The notes beneath the pieces are model-generated. The model worked only from the letters and a program-made list of their open reading frames with translations, made no database searches and was not told the origin of the DNA. The translations under genes were made by a program, and so were the position numbers. From a virus (Duplodnaviria; Heunggongvirae; Uroviricota; Caudoviricetes), in IMG/VR virus record IMGVR_UViG_3300030029_000205: a stretch of 24,281 nucleotides of DNA; one strand, given 5' to 3'. Of this stretch, positions 9,483 through 17,743 are shown piece after piece (positions within the stretch are counted from its first letter, which is position 1; each line of letters starts with the position of its first letter).

Positions 9483-10301
9483 ATGAAAAAATTCAAACCA
9501 ATATTGATTATAAGTGTAATGCTTTTAGTGGTTGCGGTGGGATTTCTACTGTACCCTACTGTTAGTAATATAATAAATGATATTACTAACGAGAGCAGGG
9601 TATCTAATTATTCTAATGTAGTTAGTGCCTTATCTAATGATGAAGAATCTTCTTTATTAGAAGAGGCTGAAAATTACAATAAGTTGTTATATGATACTGA
9701 AGAAAGAGATTTTGAAGAAAGTGATGATAGTGATTACTATGATATTCTAAATGTTGATAACGGTATTATGTGTTCAGTAGATATACCAAAGATTAATGTT
9801 AACTTACCAGTTTATCACGGCATAGATGATGATGTATTAGATGAAGGTGTAGGTCATATGCCAGGAACCTCTTTTCCTATCGGTGGAGAAAATACTCACG
9901 CTGTTATTTCGGCTCACACGGCTTATCCAGGAAAAACCTTTTTTAATGACTTAACTAAGTTAGAGGTGGGGGATGAGTTCTATATCAATGTATTAAACAA
10001 AACCTTAAAGTATAAGGTATTTGAAGTAAACATTGTAGAGCCTGATGATACTTCTTTATTGGGTATTGACGAAGGAGAAGATTATGTTAGCCTTTTAACT
10101 TGTTATCCATACGCTGTAAATACTCACAGGTTGATAGTGACAGGTAAAAGGGTTACAATGAGTAGTGATGACGAGGTAGTTATTTCCTCGCAGAGTAGCA
10201 ATGTTATTCCAAGAATGATTTTTGTTATATCTATTGTAGTAGGGGTACTGATAGTAATATTTGTGGTATGGTTTATAATAAGGCGAAAGCTTAAAAAATA
10301 A
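9483..10301 (+). CDS. srtC: Class C (pilus-polymerising) sortase
   Basis: N-terminal TM with LLYP. IPKINVNLPVYHG, GVGHMPGTSFPIGGENTHAVISAH (H145), LLTCYPYAVNTHRL (C207, R216). C-terminal TM plus basic tail, as typical of class C. Confidence 0.95.
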   Translation: MKKFKPILIISVMLLVVAVGFLLYPTVSNIINDITNESRVSNYSNVVSALSNDEESSLLEEAENYNKLLYDTEERDFEESDDSDYYDILNVDNGIMCSVDIPKINVNLPVYHGIDDDVLDEGVGHMPGTSFPIGGENTHAVISAHTAYPGKTFFNDLTKLEVGDEFYINVLNKTLKYKVFEVNIVEPDDTSLLGIDEGEDYVSLLTCYPYAVNTHRLIVTGKRVTMSSDDEVVISSQSSNVIPRMIFVISIVVGVLIVIFVVWFIIRRKLKK

Positions 10302-10306
10302 ATATT

Positions 10307-10337
10307 AAGGACTTCTTAAAGGAGTCCTTTTTATTTT
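10307..10337 (+). terminator. Rho-independent terminator ending the pilus operon
   Basis: Stem AAGGACTTC / GGAGTCCTT (9 bp, one G-U), loop TTAAA, followed by TTTATTTT. Starts 6 nt after the sortase stop. Confidence 0.85.
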
Positions 10338-10396
10338 GTGATTGATTTGATAGAATTGTTTTCTTATAGAAAACTTTACGGTGGGAGTGCTGTGTA

Positions 10397-10762
10397 ATGG
10401 GTATTTATGAAGGTTATGACGAAAATAAAAAAGTAGAAGAGGTAAAGGGTATTACTGATAAAGTTACCAATTATACTTTTACAAATATGGAATATCCTTG
10501 TATGATTTTTAAAAAAGGTTTTAAATTGGCAAAACACAAGGTACAAGTTATTAGTAATATGGTACGAAGTAATACTAAGGGTTGTGAAAAAGATATTTCT
10601 TTGTATTTCATAAATAATGACGAGGTATTCAAAATGGGTAATATTTGTGGTCAGCAGGTAGAAGCTTTAATTGATGTAGCAGGTAGGGAAAATCTGATTG
10701 CTTATGCTGATGAGGAAACCCAGTTATCGGGTAGTTTGATTTATACTCTTTGTAGGGTATAA
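10397..10762 (+). CDS. Hypothetical protein (121 aa)
   Basis: ATG with upstream GGGAG RBS and codon usage like its neighbours. The C-terminal half faintly resembles the DnaE C-terminal domain pattern (see findings). Confidence 0.7.
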   Translation: MGIYEGYDENKKVEEVKGITDKVTNYTFTNMEYPCMIFKKGFKLAKHKVQVISNMVRSNTKGCEKDISLYFINNDEVFKMGNICGQQVEALIDVAGRENLIAYADEETQLSGSLIYTLCRV

Positions 10763-10989
10763 ATATTGGGTACTGATATAGTAATTTTCTTAAATTAAGA
10801 ATTTTTGTTAAAATCTTAGATATGTAAATTGCCCTACATATGATTGTTAATTTTAGGTATCAAATATGCTAAGAAAGTAGTTTGATTTTTCTTAATTTTT
10901 TGTTATTTTTGTAGGTTTGATTTTCTGTAGAGTGAGAATTTTTAAATCTTGTATTTTATAAAATTTGTAGGAAGAGGGTATTGGATTAT

Positions 10990-11528
10990 ATGAAAACTTG
11001 TGTAGTGAGTGTATTTCCAGCTTGTGGTAGAAATTACACTTATTACAATCAGAATAAAATTCTGATTAGAAAAGATTTGTTTAAAGAGAAAAGTAGTTGT
11101 ACAATTTTAAATTGTAACGACAGATATCCAAAAAGTATAAAAACTATAGAGAAAGCAATAGGTATTGTAGATTTTATATTTTCGAGCAAAATGATGTGTT
11201 ATTGAAAACTTTGAAAAGTATGGGTATTCCTGTTGTAATGGTAGTTCCAAACAATTCTTCTATGATAGAAGAAAAAGAGAGGGTACTAATAAAGAATCAA
11301 TGGCTCGGTAGAATAGTATCCAGCAGGTCAGACAGTGATGATTTAAACAGGATAATCAGGGTATTCTTAGATAACTATGAAGATTGGACAAACATACTCA
11401 CAATAAGGGAAAATTACTCTCCAGCTGATATATTTAAGTTAAGTCAAGGGGAATATCTTGCAGATATACTTGAAAAGTTGTACTGGAAGAAAGAAAATAA
11501 CGCTAATACTTCAATAACTTCTATTTAG
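10990..11528 (+). pseudogene. Frameshifted, degenerate phage-type P-loop (kinase-like) gene split into ORFs 10981-11205 and 11196-11528
   Basis: The N-part MKTCVVSVFPACGRN resembles a decayed 'SAFPxxGKT/S' P-loop. GIVDFIF joins the other frame as (x)EQNDVLLKTLKSMGIPVVMVVP if one base is restored at about 11182. The C-terminal KLSQGEYLADIL fits the same family pattern as I recall it. Confidence 0.6.
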
Positions 11529-11535
11529 GAATAGC

Positions 11536-11564
11536 TTGCATTATCCTCTAAAATATGGTAAAAT
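11536..11564 (+). promoter_or_regulatory. Sigma-A-type promoter with extended -10, driving the 11596-onward replication genes
   Basis: -35 TTGCAT (11536-11541), 17-nt spacer, TG at 11556-11557, -10 TAAAAT (11559-11564). Strong RBS AGGAGGT at 11583-11589. Confidence 0.75.
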
Positions 11565-11595
11565 ATAACCATAAAATTAAACAGGAGGTAAAATT

Positions 11596-12066
11596 ATGAA
11601 ACAGTTATCTTTATCAACAAACAGAATGATTGAAAAGCCTTGGGATTATGTTGGTTTAACCTTACCGAATGGAGGTTACCTTGAGGACGAAAAAGAAGTA
11701 TTGGCGTATGCATCATCAATAGGGCATGATGAATTTGTTAATTTTAACGATGAAGATGTAACTCCAAATAACATTGATTGGGTACTTGAAGAAGGTATTT
11801 TTACCGTCAAAGATGTGATGAACAACAGAGTACATAGTTTGACTTCAATTGTACCAAAAAACATACAAGATAAAGTAAAAAAAGGAGATATAATCAGGGT
11901 AATAAATCCTAATGATGATAACGATTGGGTTTTTTGTGTGGTTACATTTGTTTCAAGACCTTATCGTGTTCATATTAAAGGTAAAACTTTCATCTCACCG
12001 TTTCAGATGGGTATTTTGCTCGTAAAATCTGAAGAGGTAGATGGAAAAATTGAGTATTATGTATAA
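11596..12066 (+). CDS. Hypothetical protein (156 aa); C-terminal part possibly SH3/KOW-like beta barrel
   Basis: Strong RBS and promoter. VKKGDIIRVINP...WVFCVVTFV resembles a KOW-type pattern. Confidence 0.75.
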   Translation: MKQLSLSTNRMIEKPWDYVGLTLPNGGYLEDEKEVLAYASSIGHDEFVNFNDEDVTPNNIDWVLEEGIFTVKDVMNNRVHSLTSIVPKNIQDKVKKGDIIRVINPNDDNDWVFCVVTFVSRPYRVHIKGKTFISPFQMGILLVKSEEVDGKIEYYV

Positions 12067-12077
12067 GAAGATTAAGT

Positions 12078-13010
12078 ATGGTAGATGTATTATGTAGAAA
12101 AGATTTGTCAGAGTTTAGTAACGGTATGTATGTAGATGGCTGTGTGCTTATGCAGTCAATGCAGGTTTTACCTACTAAGAACGGAGGACAATATATTTCG
12201 GGTAATTTTCAGGCTAAAGGTCAGGTTGCCTACAAGGTGTGGTCGAATGATACAGCTTTTGGCAAGTTGTCAATTCATAAAGATGAGTATATCGGCAATG
12301 TGTGCAGGATTAGAGGTAAGATTGATAACTATGGGGGTATTCTTTCTGTTATCATCTCTGATTTGGATGTAGTTGACTTGAATGCAAGTTCTATAAACAA
12401 ATCTGATTTTATGGAAGATGTTTATGATGTACTCCAGTGGAATGATACTCTTTTCAAGGTATTAAGAAAGTATTGTTCCGAAGAGGTAGTTGCCCTGTTT
12501 GAGGATATAATTGCCCCTTATAAAGAAAAGTTTCTTTGTGAATTTGCAGCGGTAAGTCACCACGATAACTGTAAAGGTGGTCTTTTGGCTCACACAACAA
12601 AGGTAGTAAGGCTTGCAACTCTTATCAAGATGTACCCAGAGATTATGAACAGGGTATCACCTGATTTGTTGTTTATTGCTTGTGCTTTACACGATATCGG
12701 TAAAATTATGGAGTATGATAACGGTGCAATGTCTGAAGAAGGTATGTCACTTTCTCATCATACTTTTGGTGTACTCATTTTAAGTGAAAATAAGAGTGAG
12801 ATTGTAGAAAAGAAGGGTATTGAATTTTACAATCAACTTTTAGCAGTAGTAGAACAACATCACGGAGAGTATGGTGAGAGACCGAGAACGGTAGCCTCTT
12901 ATGTTGTTTTCCTGCTTGATAATCTTGAGTCTAAGCTTACTTCTCTTAATTCAGTGTTGTCTGATTCGAATGGAAATATGGTTGTATATGATGGGTATAA
13001 ATTAGTATAA
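12078..13010 (+). CDS. yhaM: YhaM/Cbf1-like 3'-5' exoribonuclease (OB fold plus HD domain)
   Basis: N-terminal OB-like TKNGGQYI...KVW...RIRGKIDNYGG. HD-domain motifs AAVSHH...GGLLAHT, LHDIGK, LSHH, QHHGEYG, P(RT), DNLESK. Confidence 0.85.
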   Translation: MVDVLCRKDLSEFSNGMYVDGCVLMQSMQVLPTKNGGQYISGNFQAKGQVAYKVWSNDTAFGKLSIHKDEYIGNVCRIRGKIDNYGGILSVIISDLDVVDLNASSINKSDFMEDVYDVLQWNDTLFKVLRKYCSEEVVALFEDIIAPYKEKFLCEFAAVSHHDNCKGGLLAHTTKVVRLATLIKMYPEIMNRVSPDLLFIACALHDIGKIMEYDNGAMSEEGMSLSHHTFGVLILSENKSEIVEKKGIEFYNQLLAVVEQHHGEYGERPRTVASYVVFLLDNLESKLTSLNSVLSDSNGNMVVYDGYKLV

Positions 13011-13030
13011 TATTAAGGTGGAATTGTAAA

Positions 13031-16000
13031 ATGGATGCAAATGTTTTAAAAGCACTAAATGATGCCAATAATGATGGTTATAGACGACCATCACTAAATA
13101 ACATAATTATTTACGGCAGGGTAAGATGTCTTATAGATAGACCCTCTTTCTTAGGAGAAGGGGTAAAATCTACTAATGGATATTTTGCCCTTTTAGATGC
13201 TTATGCTCTTAAGTGTTTGGGTGAAGATTATTTCAGAGAAGATACTTATGATGTAAACAGCATCTATTTTACAAAAGGTAGTGTACTTATTTATATAGAC
13301 AGCCCATCTTGGGTAGGTAAAGATGTAAAAGTTTTTGGTAAGAGTAAGTATTATGGTGCTAATATAAGAAGACAGAAGTGCAAGTCTTTAACAGAGGGTA
13401 TTTCTGCTTTTATGTTTGGAGCTCCTGAAAAGAATGGAAGGTGTTCTGTATATCCTTTAGTACCTAATGTACTTGTAGAGTTGAATGCTAAAGATGTGGA
13501 TGCTCGAGGTACGGTATTAGAAGATTTTATCGTAACTATTGCAAACGATAACATCATTCCTTATCCTGAAACTTTAGAATGTATTATCCCTTATACAGGT
13601 GTAAACGATTATACCGAGCTTGTAGTATCTGAAAATGAGAGTAAGAATATTACAAGTGTAAGAAAGAATTTCGTAGCAACAAAGGAAAGGGTAGATATTT
13701 CTAAGATTGATATGCACTTAGTAAATCACTTAGAAGGTCAACCATTATCAGAATATTATGATGTTGTTAAGGAAGACTTCAAAAATAGTGCTGAGATGAG
13801 ATATTTCTTTGTCAATAGTATGGTTGATGAATTAATTGAGTCTTTTAGGGATAATGGAGATTACCTCGAAGATGATTATTTCCGCAAGTTGTTTATTGAG
13901 AATGTAGTAAAATATCCTCAGAGAAAGCTTGGTGTCTACGGTAAGGAAAAGGTAAAAAACTATGTAGATATATTTATAGATAATTGTGAATATATGCCAA
14001 GTTCAGATTTAAGTGAAGTACAGAAATCTCAGATTGCTCGAGGTATGGATAAGCTTAAGAAGCTTGTATATGTTGATAACAATGTTCTCACAGGATATTC
14101 AGGAGAGGACGATATAGATGCTTTACCTGTTTTGCAGTCTGATATTCTTTTTACTTTAAATGTAATAGGTGTTTGCACAGGTATAGGCTTTTCGACTTTA
14201 AATGATTGTATTGATTACTGTATGAATAGGTATCATTTTGAAAAAGAAGTAGGGTTGTACGCTTTAATTGTTAATCCTTATCTTTTAGGATTATTGGGTA
14301 CGGGATTATCTGTTGTAGATTGTGATATCATTTACAATTCTATTGGAGATGTCTACACACCTGATGAAAATACAGTAAACTTGTGCAATAAGTACAGGTC
14401 TTATTTACTGATGTTAGATACTTTAGATAATTGTGCTAATGGTATTTTCTACAAAGGTAGAAGAAACAAATATCAAAATACTTTCGTAAATAAAAGGGAT
14501 TACAAAAGAGCTGATTGTAAGTACCCTAAAAAGGCTTTAAACAATATATTAAACTTTAATTTTATGAGTAGTCCAGAAGTAAAAGATTTGCTTTCGATTT
14601 TATTGGGTATTGATATTTATGTGGGTAATAGATTTAATTTATCTATAAAACATTGGTATGATGAAGATGTTTTTAATGAACTTATTGAGAAAGGTGTCAT
14701 AAATACCTTAAACAATTATTGTGCTTTACAAAGAGATTTAGAGCGTGAGCTTTTGATTTATGAAATCTTTGAAAAGATGGGTAAAAAGGAAACAGGTATT
14801 AGTGATGAAACAATTGAAGAAGTAATAAAAAACTTTGAAGAGGAAAAGGGTTTTTCATTAGAACCTCTCCAGAAAGAGGGTATTAAACTTTGTAAGTTCC
14901 ATGCAGGTGTTTTAAGCGGTTGTGCAGGTAGTGGTAAAACTACTACAAGTGATTGCTTAACAGAAGCTTTGAAAACTCTTGAGAATATATCAATCGTTTA
15001 CTGTACACCAACAGGAAAGGCTTGTAGAAGACTTGCTGAAGTAGTTCATAGTACGGTAAAAACAATACATTCTCAGTTTAATGTTATGCTTGGTGGGGCA
15101 TCCTATTTACAAGGGGTATTCAAAAGAAAACCTAAACCAGAAGGTGTTGATAGACAATCTGTTGTATATATCCTTGATGAGATGGCTATGTGTAGTACAG
15201 AGTTATTATACAATGTAGCTAAATCTGTAGAAGAAAATGATATGGTGTACTTTTTAGGTGATGTTAAGCAGTTGCCCCCGATAGGAAGAGGTTGTCCTTT
15301 TAAGGTCTTAATGAATTTATTACCTTGTGTAGAATTAGGGGTAAGTAAAAGAGCAGCGGAGGGTAGTTTAATTAACTACAATACATCTTTAATAAACTTT
15401 ATGTCAACTCCGATTTGCAGAGAATTGAATTATGATAATAAAACTTTCATTGCTAAAGATTGTGATGATTTGTCTATTGTATCTACAGTTAGGTCTGTTT
15501 TTAACGGTTTTATGTCAGGTGAACTGACAGGTGTAAAGTATTCTGAAGATGATATACAGGTTATTTCGGGGTATCAAGCTAAAGAAAAAATATCTTCTAC
15601 AAATAGGTTAAACGCTCCTTTACAGGCGGATTTAAGGAAATATGATAAAGTGCTTTACTATAGAGAATCAAAAAATCCTGAAGAAGAAAATAAGCCGTTT
15701 TATAAAGGTGATAGGGTTATTTATATCAACAGGAATTCTTATGATATATGTAGATATGTATTAAAACCTGATGGAACTTTTCATCAAACAATAACATTTG
15801 GTTGTGTAAATGGTGAGATGGGCAAAATAGTAGGGGTAATTCCTACTAATGATATAAAAATCTATTCGGTAAATTCTAACAGGGTATCTTTAGATTATGA
15901 TATATACTCAGAGGTGAATGAATCTGAGTTTTCAGAGATGTTAAAGCGTTTCAAAGAAAAGGAAGAATCAATGCGTAATGATTCTGTTGTTCGAGGCGAC

Positions 16001-16399
16001 AACTTGTATTTTGTGGTTATTAAGGTATATGACACAGATTTAAGAAAAGATGTGTATGTATTATTAAGAGCTACAGGTAGATTTGTAAATTCTGATTTTT
16101 GTTTATCAGGTTCAGACCTCGGTAATCTTAGTTTGGCTTATGCTTTGACTTGTCATAAGATGCAGGGTAGTCAGAATAAAGTAATTATAGCTGTTTTTGA
16201 ATCAAGAGGTAATCCTGATTTTATAAATAGAAATATGATTAATACTATTATTACCCGAAGTCAGGAGGTAGTATGTTGCATAGGTTCAGTAACTGGTGAA
16301 GACTCTTTAATAAATAGGGGTAGATTATCAGTAAGTAACTTAGGTTCTCAAGATTTACTGTCTTGGTTGACTGGTGATGATAGTTGGATTGAAGGTTGA
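13031..16399 (+). CDS. recD2: RecD2-like SF1B DNA helicase with long divergent N-terminal region
   Basis: Walker A GCAGSGKTT (630-638), TPTGKACRRL, KTIH, Walker B ILDEMAM, GDVKQLPPIG, KGDRVI, NGEMG, YALTCHKMQGSQ, NTIITRS. NPYLL in the N-terminal region as in RecD2. Confidence 0.88.
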   Translation: MDANVLKALNDANNDGYRRPSLNNIIIYGRVRCLIDRPSFLGEGVKSTNGYFALLDAYALKCLGEDYFREDTYDVNSIYFTKGSVLIYIDSPSWVGKDVKVFGKSKYYGANIRRQKCKSLTEGISAFMFGAPEKNGRCSVYPLVPNVLVELNAKDVDARGTVLEDFIVTIANDNIIPYPETLECIIPYTGVNDYTELVVSENESKNITSVRKNFVATKERVDISKIDMHLVNHLEGQPLSEYYDVVKEDFKNSAEMRYFFVNSMVDELIESFRDNGDYLEDDYFRKLFIENVVKYPQRKLGVYGKEKVKNYVDIFIDNCEYMPSSDLSEVQKSQIARGMDKLKKLVYVDNNVLTGYSGEDDIDALPVLQSDILFTLNVIGVCTGIGFSTLNDCIDYCMNRYHFEKEVGLYALIVNPYLLGLLGTGLSVVDCDIIYNSIGDVYTPDENTVNLCNKYRSYLLMLDTLDNCANGIFYKGRRNKYQNTFVNKRDYKRADCKYPKKALNNILNFNFMSSPEVKDLLSILLGIDIYVGNRFNLSIKHWYDEDVFNELIEKGVINTLNNYCALQRDLERELLIYEIFEKMGKKETGISDETIEEVIKNFEEEKGFSLEPLQKEGIKLCKFHAGVLSGCAGSGKTTTSDCLTEALKTLENISIVYCTPTGKACRRLAEVVHSTVKTIHSQFNVMLGGASYLQGVFKRKPKPEGVDRQSVVYILDEMAMCSTELLYNVAKSVEENDMVYFLGDVKQLPPIGRGCPFKVLMNLLPCVELGVSKRAAEGSLINYNTSLINFMSTPICRELNYDNKTFIAKDCDDLSIVSTVRSVFNGFMSGELTGVKYSEDDIQVISGYQAKEKISSTNRLNAPLQADLRKYDKVLYYRESKNPEEENKPFYKGDRVIYINRNSYDICRYVLKPDGTFHQTITFGCVNGEMGKIVGVIPTNDIKIYSVNSNRVSLDYDIYSEVNESEFSEMLKRFKEKEESMRNDSVVRGDNLYFVVIKVYDTDLRKDVYVLLRATGRFVNSDFCLSGSDLGNLSLAYALTCHKMQGSQNKVIIAVFESRGNPDFINRNMINTIITRSQEVVCCIGSVTGEDSLINRGRLSVSNLGSQDLLSWLTGDDSWIEG

Positions 16400-16404
16400 T
16401 ACTG

Positions 16405-16620
16405 ATGAAATTTATAGAAAAAAGAAGGTTAAAAAAAGAAGAGAGAAACAAGAAAATGCTTGATGTTTATGGGATAGATGATATGTCTAATGAAGATTTT
16501 TTAAGCAAAAGAAAATCATTATTAGTTAAGTCTATTATAAGAATAATAATCGGAGTATTAGGAATTTGTGGGGTGATAGTGGTTTTAGCTATCTTTTGGA
16601 AGGATATATTTTACAGGTAG
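16405..16620 (+). CDS. Small single-pass membrane protein
   Basis: ATG at 16405 with GAAGGT RBS 8 nt upstream is preferred over TTG 16396. Basic N-terminus and hydrophobic helix IIIGVLGICGVIVVLAIFW. Confidence 0.7.
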   Translation: MKFIEKRRLKKEERNKKMLDVYGIDDMSNEDFLSKRKSLLVKSIIRIIIGVLGICGVIVVLAIFWKDIFYR

Positions 16621-16629
16621 GTTGTTGAT

Positions 16630-17388
16630 ATGCAAACTTTGACTAAAGAAGAGTATGATGATTATTGTTCAAGGTATAAAAAAGTTTGGAAATATCTAAA
16701 CGATGTATCTTATGAAGAAGATTCTATCATACAAAGTATTTGTGATTCAAGAGGGTATGATTTAGAAAGTAATATGCCAAATATGCTTAAGGAAATAGGT
16801 TTTGTCTTTATAGATGAAGATTTATTTGATGAAACTAAGTTATTAAAAATAAGCAGAGACTTGGGTATATACACTAATAAAGATACTTTCTTATTGAAAG
16901 GAAGATATATATTTCCTGTAAGGGATATGTTGGGAAATATAGTAGCTTTAATAGGTTGGTATCCTGATGATAAGAAATATATCACCACTCCAAGTAAATT
17001 TTTTAAAAAAGGGTGTATGCTGTTCGGTATGGAACAGTTTGAAAAAACTGGTATAGGAAAGGATTATATACTTGTTGAAGGTATATTTGATTGTATATCA
17101 GTTAGGTCTTTAGGGTTTAATTGCGTAGCTTTGATGGGTATTAAAGCTACAAATTATACCAAGGTTTTATATACTTTGTTTAAGGGTATTGTAGCAATAC
17201 CAGATAATGACAAAGAGGGTAGAAAAGTAATAGCTAACGATGCTTGGAAGTTACCTGTTAACGGTAAATATTTCAAGTGGGTTGGTTCTTTAAAGGATAT
17301 CGATGATATGATTAAGTACTATGATATGAAAGATATCCTAAAAGATGTATGGAAGGAAAAAGAAAGGGTAGTTACCCTTGAGTGCTGA
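16630..17388 (+). CDS. dnaG: DnaG-type primase catalytic core (TOPRIM), lacking Zn-binding and helicase-binding domains
   Basis: RYIFPVRDMLGNIVALIG, KYITTP, FKKG..LFG, ILVEGIFD (E150), VALMG, PDNDKEG (D192/D194), KDIDD. Only 252 aa, with no CHC2 motif. Confidence 0.85.
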   Translation: MQTLTKEEYDDYCSRYKKVWKYLNDVSYEEDSIIQSICDSRGYDLESNMPNMLKEIGFVFIDEDLFDETKLLKISRDLGIYTNKDTFLLKGRYIFPVRDMLGNIVALIGWYPDDKKYITTPSKFFKKGCMLFGMEQFEKTGIGKDYILVEGIFDCISVRSLGFNCVALMGIKATNYTKVLYTLFKGIVAIPDNDKEGRKVIANDAWKLPVNGKYFKWVGSLKDIDDMIKYYDMKDILKDVWKEKERVVTLEC

Positions 17389-17407
17389 TTTATGGAGGTT
17401 ATTGTAT

Positions 17408-17722
17408 ATGAAGGTTAAGAAGGTTGTTTTGGCATTAAGAAGTTTTGTAAAAACTCTGTATAGTGAAGGTCATGGGGAAATTTTTACTTTTGCAATATTA
17501 AATGATAAAGTACAGGTATCTGATTTTGATTTGGAAGCTAAAGATTTACCTAAGGCTAAATATCCATTGTCTTATGCTAAAGCTAAAGAATGCTTAAATA
17601 TTGCTAAGAGAGAGTATAAAGATTGTGATGCTATAAATGTGCTTATTTGCGATGAAGTACCTGAGGAGGTATTTATGGTGGGTAAGGTACTCAAAGTTAT
17701 GAATTTAAACATAGAACCATAA
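17408..17722 (+). CDS. Hypothetical protein (104 aa)
   Basis: ATG at 17408 with GGAGGT RBS at 17394-17399 is preferred over TTG 17378. No recognisable motif. Confidence 0.7.
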   Translation: MKVKKVVLALRSFVKTLYSEGHGEIFTFAILNDKVQVSDFDLEAKDLPKAKYPLSYAKAKECLNIAKREYKDCDAINVLICDEVPEEVFMVGKVLKVMNLNIEP

Positions 17723-17743
17723 AAATTGTTGGAGGAATGTTAA

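Noticed and set aside
10342..10370. Promoter TTGATT-17-TATAGA upstream of the 121-aa ORF
   Set aside because: The -10 lacks the conserved final T, and such matches are common in sequence this AT-rich. Not enough support to list.
15830..16000. Possible intein in the RecD2 insertion after NGEMG
   Set aside because: No Cys/Ser start with a His-Asn end and no LAGLIDADG motifs. It looks like a simple loop or helical insertion.
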